Below are positions 10,430 to 18,614 of a DNA stretch of 64,000 nt, piece after piece. The position numbers and the translations under genes were made by a program. The stretch's first letter is position 1; each line of letters starts with the position of its first letter. The stretch is from a virus (lineage: Duplodnaviria > Heunggongvirae > Uroviricota > Caudoviricetes): the IMG/VR virus record IMGVR_UViG_3300049044_000033, positions 158,796 to 222,795 of that record; one strand, 5' to 3'. The notes beneath the pieces were generated by a model that was given only the letters and a program-made list of their open reading frames with translations, searched no databases and was not told the origin of the DNA.

Positions 10430-10434
10430 TCATA

Positions 10435-10468
10435 AGAAAACCCGGACTGTTTCCAGTCCGGGTTTTCT
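10435..10468. terminator. Intrinsic terminator (probably bidirectional)
   Basis: Perfect 15-bp IR AGAAAACCCGGACTG-TTTC-CAGTCCGGGTTTTCT. Confidence 0.85.
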
Positions 10469-10532
10469 GACTCGCATCGGGCGTATTGGGAGACTCATCG
10501 CCCAATTTAACCAACTCCGACCGCACGTCTAG

Positions 10533-10607
10533 CAGCGAGGGAAGGACTCGAACCTCCGCCGATCCAGGCTTCACGCCCGGACGCTCTACCAACTGAGCTA
10601 CCCCGCT
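10533..10607 (-). tRNA. Atypical tRNA (loop CGTGAAG; anticodon TGA or GTG ambiguous)
   Basis: Canonical acceptor, D and T arms; 6-bp anticodon stem, G33. Confidence 0.6.
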
Positions 10608-10749
10608 ATGGTTGGGGTAGGAGCTCTTCCTCCTTGGACCTATTGGTCCGCGTAGGCTATTCCTTCCTACCCCTCAGTGTGCGTCGCTTAAAGCTTGCAC
10701 CTCCGCTGTAATGTTGACTATAGGACTATGTTGCCTATGTCAACAACTT

Positions 10750-10968
10750 TTAATCAAAAATTGACCGAGCCTTTTTGCTCCAGATGAATGGGATAATGGC
10801 TAGCGTAACAAGACTCATGCTAACAACCATTCCAAAGAGGGGCCATAGCGGGCCAGCACGAAATCCCATCCTCCAACAAGACATTAAGAGATCAATTGAT
10901 CCAATACCACATCCTAGTCCGAAAAGGAAACAGACGAGTGTACCGAGAACTTTCAACAACGTAACCAT
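10750..10968 (-). CDS. Small membrane protein
   Basis: Two hydrophobic segments; coupled to the yccA-like gene. Confidence 0.6.
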   Translation of the reverse strand: MVTLLKVLGTLVCFLFGLGCGIGSIDLLMSCWRMGFRAGPLWPLFGMVVSMSLVTLAIIPFIWSKKARSIFD

Positions 10969-11666
10969 CAGTCGTCTGCCTTCACACCTACGAGGCGTAG
11001 AATGAAGAGGAACATATTGAGGAAGTCGAGATACAGATTCAACGCACCCATAATGACTAGACGAGACTGGTAGTCTTTGTCAGCTGTGGGATGATAGGCT
11101 TGCTTGAGCATCTGCGTATCCCAGGCCGTTAGACCGGCAAAGAGCAGAATACCCGCAATGCCAATAAACAGATTCAGACCTGATGAAGGCATGAAAATGT
11201 TCAAAATCATCAGTCCGAGTAGGCCGAACAGTGCAAAAACCAAGAACGAACCAATTGGACCGAGGTTGCGACGCGTAGTGTAGCCGTATAAACTGCAACC
11301 TGCGAACCCGGTAGCCGCTGCGAGGAAAGCCAAGATAATGGAACCTCCGGTATATCGGCTCAGAATCAAACCAAGACCGAGGCCTTCGATGACCACGAAC
11401 GCCCAGTAGAGACCATAAAGGGTGGAAACCTTCATAGTATTCGAACCAAAGCTCATTGCCAGCACGAGCAACAGTGGGCTCAACGCGACGCCCCAAAACA
11501 GCGCGCCGCCCTGCTTGAGAGTTTCAACCATGCCGCTAACATCAGCAAACCAAGCCGCACCGGCGCTGACGAGAAGTCCCAAGAGCATCAGATTGTAGAT
11601 GCTTACCATATAAGCACGAAGGCCGTGATCGACCGGCGCACTTCGAAAGATTCCTATCATATTCAT
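10968..11666 (-). CDS. Bax inhibitor-1/YccA family membrane protein
   Basis: Seven TM helices; LTAWDTQMLK and ALNLYLDFLNMFLFILRL motifs. Confidence 0.92.
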   Translation of the reverse strand: MNMIGIFRSAPVDHGLRAYMVSIYNLMLLGLLVSAGAAWFADVSGMVETLKQGGALFWGVALSPLLLVLAMSFGSNTMKVSTLYGLYWAFVVIEGLGLGLILSRYTGGSIILAFLAAATGFAGCSLYGYTTRRNLGPIGSFLVFALFGLLGLMILNIFMPSSGLNLFIGIAGILLFAGLTAWDTQMLKQAYHPTADKDYQSRLVIMGALNLYLDFLNMFLFILRLVGVKADD

Positions 11667-11734
11667 ACCTCTATAACAGATTACTACCTATTATAGAGTA
11701 AGATGCCTTATTTTGTCAACCAAGGAGAACATGA

Positions 11735-12517
11735 GTGGCAGACAAATTGGTTTTCTCAACCGATTTCAAAGATCGAGAAATCACGCCTACGGGCAAGAAC
11801 AAAGATGGGCAACCTTGTTTTCGTTCACGTTTTGATTGGGGTAGATATCAACACGGGAATGATGAACTTGCGGCTTATCTCGATGCTTCTACTGATCCTG
11901 TCGATCCACATCCTATTGTGGATGGCGTGCGTCAACTTAGATGCGGAGTTCTTCCAAAACCTCTTTACGAGGTAGCTAGTGATCCATCGAAGTCCCGGGC
12001 ACTTTCCTACTTTGGATCAATGATCACAACCCAGGGTTTATTTGGCTTTAAGTATGGCACCGTTGAACTGGTTGCCGCAGTAAGACCCGAGAAGGGTATC
12101 ATTCCAGCTTTTTGGATGATGCCAACAAATGGTAAGATGTTCCCAGAGTATGACGCTTACGAGTTCTTCGGGGATTCGCCACTCCATAACAATCTTCACG
12201 TTCAAGGGCCAAATGGGGAATGGGATCGAGTTCAGGTTCCTATTCAGACCTCTTGGAAGTCTGATGGCCAGAAGCATACCTTCACGATTGTGTGGACAGC
12301 TGAATATATCGTGTTCAAAGTCGACGGGGTAGCGGTTGCTGAAAGGCGTATCTCAAGGAACCAGAGGGTTCCGGATACTGAAATGTATATCATCCTCAAT
12401 ACTGCGGTTGGTATGTCTTGGGATGAAAAGACCAAGTATGGCCCAACATGGGATAATGCCACTGGATGGCATAATGATACCAGCCTCTATAGCTTGAAGG
12501 TCTGGCAAAAAGCTTAA
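11735..12517 (+). CDS. Glycoside hydrolase family 16
   Basis: FKYGTVELVA, PAFWMMP and catalytic EYDAYE (ExDxxE); HTFTIVWT. Confidence 0.85.
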   Translation: MADKLVFSTDFKDREITPTGKNKDGQPCFRSRFDWGRYQHGNDELAAYLDASTDPVDPHPIVDGVRQLRCGVLPKPLYEVASDPSKSRALSYFGSMITTQGLFGFKYGTVELVAAVRPEKGIIPAFWMMPTNGKMFPEYDAYEFFGDSPLHNNLHVQGPNGEWDRVQVPIQTSWKSDGQKHTFTIVWTAEYIVFKVDGVAVAERRISRNQRVPDTEMYIILNTAVGMSWDEKTKYGPTWDNATGWHNDTSLYSLKVWQKA

Positions 12518-12522
12518 AAGCG

Positions 12523-12548
12523 AATGGGGCGGTTATTCCGCCCCATTT
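12523..12548. terminator. Terminator between convergent genes
   Basis: AATGGGGCGG-TTATT-CCGCCCCATT. Confidence 0.75.
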
Positions 12549-12878
12549 CTATGACAAGTACCAGTTCAAAAAGACTAAGATAGCCACAATACAACCTAGA
12601 AAGTAAAGCGGCATTCGGTCAGCTTCTTTCTCTAAGTAGTGCCAATCGTCGAGTGAATCTGCTGCGCGATCAGCATGACTGCGAGTATCCTCACTCGTCT
12701 TAATCACCCGCTTGCGGTCCCGAACTCCAAAGGAGAAGCCACCACCTCTCATATGCGTGAGGTCATTGATTCTAGAAGCCTGAATATGATCGTAGTCAAA
12801 GGCATAATGGATCACAATCCGGCCAGCGAAATAGATAACTAATCCCCAGCAGAGGAAGATCACTAGGCTTTCATCCAT
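12549..12878 (-). CDS. Hypothetical membrane protein
   Basis: N- and C-terminal TM segments. Confidence 0.6.
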   Translation of the reverse strand: MDESLVIFLCWGLVIYFAGRIVIHYAFDYDHIQASRINDLTHMRGGGFSFGVRDRKRVIKTSEDTRSHADRAADSLDDWHYLEKEADRMPLYFLGCIVAILVFLNWYLS

Positions 12879-13117
12879 TAGATATTCACCCTTGCTGCGT
12901 CACTACATTCCTCAACCACATCTCCTGCATCAACTGGGCGGTAGCCTTGAGTTGCTGATCGGACGCAATTGAGAATGAATTGCTGTCGATCAACTGACCG
13001 CTTCTGGGATGCTTCATAGGATAGGTTTTTACAGCCCACTAGAGCAGTTGCGCCTAAGAGAACCATAAGGGTTAGGGTAAACTTTTTCATTTGATTTGAA
13101 CTGCTGCCTGTCTGCAT
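12878..13117 (-). CDS. Small lipoprotein
   Basis: Lipobox ALVGC; Cys pair shared with the neighbouring paralog. Confidence 0.6.
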   Translation of the reverse strand: MQTGSSSNQMKKFTLTLMVLLGATALVGCKNLSYEASQKRSVDRQQFILNCVRSATQGYRPVDAGDVVEECSDAARVNI

Positions 13118-13296
13118 TCCTGCATGGAATCGATAGTTGATTTACCGTAAGCGTTTCTCGTGACAGTGTCTACGCAAGTGAGATAGAATTCACGAGTGCT
13201 CTTCCGATCTTCGACTACGCGCTCAGCATTAGTTGTCATATCACATGAGCCTAGGACGACTAGACATAAAAGAAGACCGAAACGAGCAGTTGTCAT
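13087..13296 (-). CDS. Small lipoprotein, paralog of 12878..13117
   Basis: Lipobox VLGSC; REFYLTCV...QECRQAA versus QQFILNCV...EECSDAA. Confidence 0.6.
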   Translation of the reverse strand: MTTARFGLLLCLVVLGSCDMTTNAERVVEDRKSTREFYLTCVDTVTRNAYGKSTIDSMQECRQAAVQIK

Positions 13297-13338
13297 AAAT
13301 TGACTTTACTGTCGTTTCGGTCTGGATTTCAATATTTG

Positions 13339-13419
13339 TGCTAGGTGTTGGAATCAAACCAACTCGGTCTTTCGACGACCCGTTATGAGCGGGCGGGCTC
13401 CTCATTTGCCTTACCTAGC
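13339..13419 (-). tRNA. tRNA-Met/Ile2 (CAT) with long variable arm
   Basis: GCCCG-CTCATAA-CGGGT; variable arm GTC-GAAA-GAC. Confidence 0.8.
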
Positions 13420-13426
13420 AAGGTGT

Positions 13427-13560
13427 GACGGGCAAGTAATCGCTAATGGATAGAGTCGGATGCTCTACCGGACTGAGCTATTCCCGAAGTGTGATCCTCG
13501 GAAAGTGGGATTTGAACCCACGGCCATCTGATTGGGATAACCCATCAACTACGGCCCGTC
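13427..13560 (-). tRNA. Circularly permuted tRNA, probably Gly(CCC), inside a clamp element
   Basis: 3' half 13497-13535 precedes 5' half 13453-13487 in transcript order; acceptor TCGGGAA/TTTCCGA; break in the anticodon loop. Confidence 0.75.
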
Positions 13561-13598
13561 ACATCTATTGGCTATAATAACGCCAATGCTTAGTCAAG

Positions 13599-14120
13599 TT
13601 ATTTTCTATGTGTAATCGAGATTATAGCAACTTTCAAGTGCTGATTTGCTTTAGGCGTAAAAGCACCGATGTCAACTAATTCAAAAGTTTGAGGATTTCG
13701 AGTAGAAACAACCTCGTATCGGTGACCTGTTTGGAAAGCCTTAATTTTCTTAGGAATCCAAAAGTCAATGGAATCACTAGGCTTACTAGCATTGGCTCGG
13801 TCAAAAGTCTTAGTGCCAATTACACCAGGATAGGGCGGCTTATTCTTTTCGTCAAAGTGAATAAACAACCGACCGTTGATTTCGTAAAAATACGAGTGGG
13901 TAGCATGGACCCTAATCCAGCCGAGAACATTAGTAAGCTCGACATTCCCAAACGCTGAATGGAAATTCTGTATCAAGTAAGCTGTATTTGAAGTGCCCTT
14001 AGCATCATCTTTGTCACGCTGACGCACTAGTGTTCTAGTTAGCTGCTTTGTGCTAACTTTGTTTGCGTTATTGCTGTTGCTGTTGCTTAAAGCGTTATGA
14101 TGCATTGTTGTCCCCGACAC
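13599..14120 (-). CDS. Hypothetical protein
   Basis: 173-aa ORF. Confidence 0.55.
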   Translation of the reverse strand: MSGTTMHHNALSNSNSNNANKVSTKQLTRTLVRQRDKDDAKGTSNTAYLIQNFHSAFGNVELTNVLGWIRVHATHSYFYEINGRLFIHFDEKNKPPYPGVIGTKTFDRANASKPSDSIDFWIPKKIKAFQTGHRYEVVSTRNPQTFELVDIGAFTPKANQHLKVAIISITHRK

Positions 14121-14196
14121 TCAATTAGTATCAATAGGGATAACATCAGGTTAAGATTAGAGCAATAAAGAAACCACCACTACTAAAATCTTTTTG

Positions 14197-14271
14197 TGTC
14201 CCTGGTCGGGTTCGAACCGACAACATGCGGGTTTTAAATCCGCCGACTCTACCAAATTGGCCTACAGGGAC
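14197..14271 (-). tRNA. tRNA-Leu(TAA), short variable loop
   Basis: GCGGA-TTTAAAA-CCCGC; variable loop ATGTT. Confidence 0.85.
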
Positions 14272-14287
14272 AATCTCTTCTACTTAG

Positions 14288-14367
14288 TAGGCGCTACGAG
14301 ACTCGAACTCGTACGGATTAACCGAGGGATTTTAAGTCCCTTGTGTCTACCATTCCACCAAGCGCCC
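14288..14367 (-). tRNA. tRNA-Leu(TAA), canonical long arm
   Basis: AGGGA-CTTAAAA-TCCCT. Confidence 0.93.
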
Positions 14368-14371
14368 AATA

Positions 14372-14872
14372 TTACTTCACACCAGCATCCTCTACAGCTT
14401 TGCGGAGGATCTCAGTAATGAGCTGATTGAACGTTATATCACGCTTATGAGCTTCCTTGAACAAGGCCATCAAAATGTCATCATCTAACTCAAGAGGGAT
14501 GATGACCCGACGGTCAAAGTCCTGATTGGCCAAGACTGCCGTGGCCTTCTCCATGATATCAAGCTCTACGTCGAGATCGACAAAGTCTTCCTCGCAACCG
14601 CTCCCCTCGAGTTCAGCCATGTAGGCTGTCTTGTAAAGAGGGTTGATCCAACGGTAAGCAACCGGATTGTGGTTCTTGTCATAAGCCGTTTCGCTATTCA
14701 GCGTAAGATCCAAAACTTCTAGAGTCTTGGTCGAGAATGTAATACCAAACGATCCATATTCACCCAGGTGATCATAATAATGGGCATCAGGGAAGATACC
14801 CCACTCTGCTTTGCCGCCGTCATCAACCTGATAGTTGATAACCTGCATGAATTGATGAAATAGTTCGTTCAT
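14372..14872 (-). CDS. Hypothetical protein with possible C-terminal ribbon-helix-helix-like segment
   Basis: C-terminus LDDDILMALFKEAHKRDITFNQLITEILRK. Confidence 0.7.
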   Translation of the reverse strand: MNELFHQFMQVINYQVDDGGKAEWGIFPDAHYYDHLGEYGSFGITFSTKTLEVLDLTLNSETAYDKNHNPVAYRWINPLYKTAYMAELEGSGCEEDFVDLDVELDIMEKATAVLANQDFDRRVIIPLELDDDILMALFKEAHKRDITFNQLITEILRKAVEDAGVK

Positions 14873-14981
14873 GTATCTTTGCTAACAGGTTGATCCCTTG
14901 GGGTCAATTTACCATTGGGCGTAGTAGCAGATAGTCACCAAATCGTGTTCAGTGACTATCTACGGGCATCTCTGATAGCTA

Positions 14982-15245
14982 TTAGATGCTAGGCTTGTCG
15001 CGGTTGCTTTCCATCGCGATCCGGTCAGCTTCGGCAACAGCGCGCTTTTCAGCCGGCGTCAATTCCCGAGTCATTGCGTTATCGTATTCGTTGATTTCGG
15101 TCACACTCATGCGCGACATAACATCAGCGCGAGCCACTTCCATACGAGCAATCTCTGAGCTCTCAGGATTGTAGGATCGGAGACCAGCAAGGCGACCATC
15201 GATGCGACGAAGATAGTTCTGGTTTTTCGTAAACGACTTGGACAT
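14982..15245 (-). CDS. Hypothetical protein
   Basis: SD AGGAG before ATG. Confidence 0.6.
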   Translation of the reverse strand: MSKSFTKNQNYLRRIDGRLAGLRSYNPESSEIARMEVARADVMSRMSVTEINEYDNAMTRELTPAEKRAVAEADRIAMESNRDKPSI

Positions 15246-15320
15246 ATGTTCTCCTGTGGTTGGTTAACCTTAGGTAGAGCATAACTGTTGCCTTTGCAAC
15301 CGAAAAACACCCTCTAGAAA

Positions 15321-15545
15321 GTGATTTTGAGCAATTTTCCCTATAAGTATGTGGCAACGCAACAAAGTGAGGTCGCTATGTTTACTTTTCAGATGTTTGT
15401 ATTTTTCTACGTCACTGCATCGATGGCAATGAGCGCTGCTCTGAGCAAGCACTATCCGGGTATCGCAGGTTGGGGAAATTTCTCGAGGGGCGTTGCTTGG
15501 CCCGTAACCCTGTACGAGATTCTCAAGGGCTCGATTGAGGAATAA
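15321..15545 (+). CDS. Small membrane protein
   Basis: Hydrophobic; likely start at MFTFQ after GAGG. Confidence 0.5.
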   Translation: MILSNFPYKYVATQQSEVAMFTFQMFVFFYVTASMAMSAALSKHYPGIAGWGNFSRGVAWPVTLYEILKGSIEE

Positions 15546-15546
15546 G

Positions 15547-15635
15547 CGGGAAGCAGTGGAATTGAACCACTCGCCTGTAGGGGTTAGAGGCGCTCGTAGC
15601 TAGAGCTAGACTAGGACCATCCTAGATTACTTCCC
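15547..15635 (-). tRNA. Atypical Ser/Sec-like tRNA, possible CTA anticodon
   Basis: Acceptor GGGAAGT/GCTTCCC, 5-bp D stem CTAGG/CCTAG, long variable arm, T arm; weak anticodon stem. Confidence 0.5.
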
Positions 15636-15848
15636 AGGTATATTGCGGTTATAGAACGTTCTTAGGAGATCGTTCGACATCTTGGCATAATAAGAGCGAG
15701 GATACTTGACCGCAATATTATTCAGCTGATTTGAGATCAGCTCAGCATCCTTATCGGAAATCTTACGATCGTTGATCCACGTAGCACCATTATGGTTACG
15801 TAGATAATAGTTCTTATCCAATTCCCAGAGACGCATAATATCCTCCAA
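15627..15848 (-). CDS. Hypothetical protein
   Basis: 73-aa ORF in a gene string. Confidence 0.5.
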   Translation of the reverse strand: MEDIMRLWELDKNYYLRNHNGATWINDRKISDKDAELISNQLNNIAVKYPRSYYAKMSNDLLRTFYNRNIPGK

Positions 15849-15861
15849 TGTATAGGGATAT

Positions 15862-16137
15862 TTAGCTTTCTGGGCGATACACTACTTTCCAACCTATGAG
15901 CTCTTTCTTTAGCTTGGCTGCTAAGTTGGCTCCACATTTGTTGAATGCCTTGAGGTCAAAAGACCTAGTTCGTTCATGCGGGGAAAGATAGAATTGGCTT
16001 TTTTCATACCAATCAGTCCAACGCACGATAGCATCGTAGAGCTTGCTAGAGATTGGTAGTTCGTCAAGATCCATATTCGAGCCACTCTCATTCCAAACAC
16101 CGCTGCTGGAATAGTCGGCCATTAGTTTAACGAACAT
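15862..16137 (-). CDS. Hypothetical protein
   Basis: 91-aa ORF, KLMADYSSSGVW N-terminus. Confidence 0.65.
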   Translation of the reverse strand: MFVKLMADYSSSGVWNESGSNMDLDELPISSKLYDAIVRWTDWYEKSQFYLSPHERTRSFDLKAFNKCGANLAAKLKKELIGWKVVYRPES

Positions 16138-16150
16138 GAGCTTCCTTGGT

Positions 16151-16306
16151 TTTTGAGGGCAAGTTGTTGTGCTGGCTTTTCTTCCGCTGCGTCTGCCAAT
16201 TCCGCCACCTCGCCCATATGTTTGCTAGTGGGGAGGGAAGGGCTCGAACCTTCATGACCTAAGTCCGCGGTTTTACAACGATAACCCAGAACTTCGGCCC
16301 TCAAAA
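16151..16306 (-). tRNA. Circularly permuted tRNA-Tyr(GTA) inside a clamp element
   Basis: 3' piece 16229-16279 (nt 31-73, long arm) precedes 5' piece 16184-16214 (nt 1-30); 10-bp outer stem TTTTGAGGGC/GCCCTCAAAA. Confidence 0.85.
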
Positions 16307-16316
16307 TAGATCTATT

Positions 16317-16460
16317 AGTTCGACGGGCAAGTGTTGCGTAGGACTTTTACAGCGTCCTGGACCACTAGACGACCTCCGCATAGATTGGCGCGGAGACTGG
16401 GATTCGAACCCAGGTTTCAGCCTTGACATGGATAACCCTATGCTATCGGCCCGTCGAACT
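16317..16460 (-). tRNA. Circularly permuted tRNA-Asp(GTC) inside a clamp element
   Basis: 3' piece 16386-16430 (nt 31-76 with CCA), 6-nt spacer, 5' piece 16349-16379; 12-bp outer stem. Confidence 0.88.
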
Positions 16461-16491
16461 AAAAACGTGTTAGCGCCTAATTGCCTGTGTG

Positions 16492-16698
16492 TCAAGCAAC
16501 TTTGGCTAAACTTTTTTCAGGGATACCATAAAGAATGTTGCCCTTAGGGTAGAAAGTCTTACCCTCTGATTCTACACTCTCAGTGATCTCAATATCCCAA
16601 TGCGTGTAGTCGTCAGTATAGTGACGCTGGTCAAGCACCTTGGCTTTACCTAGGCCAAACTTCGTAAGGAAGACGACTTCTTGATTTTTCGTAAACAT
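16492..16698 (-). CDS. Hypothetical protein
   Basis: 68-aa ORF. Confidence 0.55.
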   Translation of the reverse strand: MFTKNQEVVFLTKFGLGKAKVLDQRHYTDDYTHWDIEITESVESEGKTFYPKGNILYGIPEKSLAKVA

Positions 16699-16734
16699 AC
16701 CGAGATACTAAGATTATTGTGCCAGTATGTCAAG

Positions 16735-16802
16735 TGCTCCGAGGTGGATTCGAACCACCAAAAGCCGCTTTAGGAGAGCAGCACCCGTCCATCGGCCGGA
16801 GC
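16735..16802 (-). tRNA. tRNA-Arg(CCT), shortened D arm
   Basis: GCTGCT-CTCCTAA-AGCGGC; 68 nt. Confidence 0.8.
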
Positions 16803-16813
16803 ATAAGTAGAAT

Positions 16814-17122
16814 ATGTTTAGATATCTAGAACCAGGTGAAAAAGGAGATTATTGGGGAACCTCGAGCCTCCTTGAGTGGATGACAAAGCTTCTTAAAGGC
16901 CATGTTGTTCCGGAGGATGCAACCATCCAGCATATTGAATTCTTTCTCCAAGAATATTATGCAGATGCAAAGAAGGCAGGGCCATATGCCCTTATTACAT
17001 TCTATCCGTCAGCTATCCGCTACCTAGGACCTGAAGGTCAGGATGGAACCACGTTTGACGGACACCGAATTAATATCAATTACGATGCTAATCGGGTAAT
17101 TCAAAGTATCAGTTTAGGATAA
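16814..17122 (+). CDS. Hypothetical protein
   Basis: 102-aa ORF on the plus strand. Confidence 0.62.
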   Translation: MFRYLEPGEKGDYWGTSSLLEWMTKLLKGHVVPEDATIQHIEFFLQEYYADAKKAGPYALITFYPSAIRYLGPEGQDGTTFDGHRININYDANRVIQSISLG

Positions 17123-17136
17123 TTGTTCTAGAAGAT

Positions 17137-17294
17137 GAACCCCAAGACCAGTTTCCGCACCTGGTTCCTTTCATCCCACTCCGTCTTCCGTAGACGGCGG
17201 GCTCGCCCAACAGAACTCAAAGATACTCAATCGGGGCGAAGGTACTAGCAACCTAGCCTTATCTCTTCTTTCTCTAGGAGCCCTCAAGGGGTTC
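17137..17294 (-). ncRNA. Candidate structured ncRNA
   Basis: Ends pair (GAACCCC/GGGGTTC); internal hairpins CCGTCT-ACGGA-AGACGG and ACCAG...CTGGT; directly follows tRNA-Thr. Confidence 0.5.
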
Positions 17295-17296
17295 AG

Positions 17297-17367
17297 TGCT
17301 CGCTGGAAGAATCGAACTTCCGTCTGCTGTGTACGAAACAGCCATCTTACCACTAAACGAAGCGAGC
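17297..17367 (-). tRNA. tRNA-Thr(CGT)
   Basis: GCTGT-TTCGTAC-ACAGC. Confidence 0.9.
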
Positions 17368-17381
17368 ATGTAGTGGAGTGT

Positions 17382-17455
17382 TGGTGCCGGCACAGGGAAT
17401 CGAACCCTGGATTGATGCTTACAAGGCAACTGTTATACCATTTAACTATGCCGGC
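17382..17455 (-). tRNA. tRNA-Thr(TGT)
   Basis: GTTGC-CTTGTAA-GCATC; CCA encoded. Confidence 0.92.
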
Positions 17456-17462
17456 ATGTGAG

Positions 17463-17695
17463 TGATCCAACGTCTCGAGAGCACAGTCCCTAAGGGACTT
17501 CGTTGGATCACTATGTAGTCTGTGGTTAGACCAGTGACCGTGCCCCACAGCGTCTTCCCAGGAACGATAACCTCGTAAAGTCCCAAGGAACTACTGCCAG
17601 CGGCGGATTGCCTAACCCTCCCGAATAAATCCGAAAGGACCGACTAAAACAAGAAGGAAGCAGTTTATCACCGCTAACACCTCTTGTTCGATCTA
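17463..17695 (-). ncRNA. Candidate promoter-driven structured RNA
   Basis: Downstream of TTGACA...TAAGAT; hairpin AACAAGA/TCTTGTT; 11-bp stem GTGATCCAACG/CGTTGGATCAC. Confidence 0.4.
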
Positions 17696-17701
17696 ATCTT
17701 A

Positions 17702-17770
17702 ACACCAGTACATCCGTGGTGTCAAGACTAAAGTTGGACTTTAGGCAGTACATCCGTGCCTAAAGTCCAA
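17702..17770. repeat. Twin hairpins with the identical loop GTACATCCG
   Basis: ACACCA-GTACATCCG-TGGTGT and TTGGACTTTAGGCA-GTACATCCG-TGCCTAAAGTCCAA. Confidence 0.8.
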
Positions 17771-17772
17771 AG

Positions 17773-17841
17773 AGCTCCCGGAGGGATTCGAACCCTCTCT
17801 CGGACGTTCGAAGCGTCTGGTCATAATCCATATGCGGGAGC
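17773..17841 (-). tRNA. tRNA-Arg(TCG), shortened D arm
   Basis: GACG-CTTCGAA-CGTC. Confidence 0.8.
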
Positions 17842-17861
17842 ATGAGCTTCATTGAAGTTTA

Positions 17862-18137
17862 TTAGCCATAGGTCATCTTAAATGCCATGGCATGTTTCTT
17901 CTCATAAAACCAAATCTCACGCGATCCAGTTTCGTAGTCGAGAATTTTGTGGGTAGGTATCGTACCGGTCATCCGCATGAACCATTCCGCAACCTCAGGC
18001 TTGAAGAAACGATATCGATATTGATAATCTCTCAACGATAGAGTCTTATTACTACCATCAAAGGGTTCGAAGAGCTGATCAGTTTCTTCGGCGTTTAGCT
18101 CGAAGACAATAACGTCTTCCTCTTCAAACATCTGCAT
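17862..18137 (-). CDS. Hypothetical protein, A-x-x-F-K-[LM]-x-[WY] family
   Basis: Ends HAMAFKMTYG. Confidence 0.65.
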   Translation of the reverse strand: MQMFEEEDVIVFELNAEETDQLFEPFDGSNKTLSLRDYQYRYRFFKPEVAEWFMRMTGTIPTHKILDYETGSREIWFYEKKHAMAFKMTYG

Positions 18138-18194
18138 ATCTGCCTCCTGCTAACTCGCGTTAAACAAGAGACAGATATGTGTCAACACCAGGTG

Positions 18195-18449
18195 TTACTT
18201 GTCCGAGATTGCATCCTTAGTAGCAAAACGTAGCAAGCCGGTCATTACACCAACGCCTGCTAGAATTGCACCATAATGGTCTCCAACGAGCCCCTTGATG
18301 AAAGGCATGTAGATCTCAACAGCACCCATGACAGTCAGGGCAGTTGAGAACCAAACGGTCTTGGACTTACCTGCCTTGAGGAGCCAATCCTTGGCATTAA
18401 TACCAAGGCTCTTTAGTGCGTCGAGAGTAGGAATAACGTCGTATGCCAT
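18195..18449 (-). CDS. Small two-TM membrane protein (holin-like)
   Basis: KSKTVWFSTALTVMG and GVGVMTGLLRFATK. Confidence 0.6.
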   Translation of the reverse strand: MAYDVIPTLDALKSLGINAKDWLLKAGKSKTVWFSTALTVMGAVEIYMPFIKGLVGDHYGAILAGVGVMTGLLRFATKDAISDK

Positions 18450-18480
18450 AAGCCGATCTCCTTATTGGGGGACCAGCTAT

Positions 18481-18609
18481 TTACTACCGGCGGGTTTCCT
18501 CACCCCGCTCCGTCCCGGATATATTCTCCACCCTTCGATGGATCTCGGCTCATATGTCCGAGTTACCCGCTTGGGACATTGCTCCAGACCCTGAGGATCT
18601 CAGCAGTAA
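18481..18609 (-). ncRNA. Candidate structured ncRNA
   Basis: Ends pair (TTACTGC/GTAGTAA); internal hairpins; immediately 3' of an empty clamp element. Confidence 0.4.
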
Positions 18610-18614
18610 AGAGT

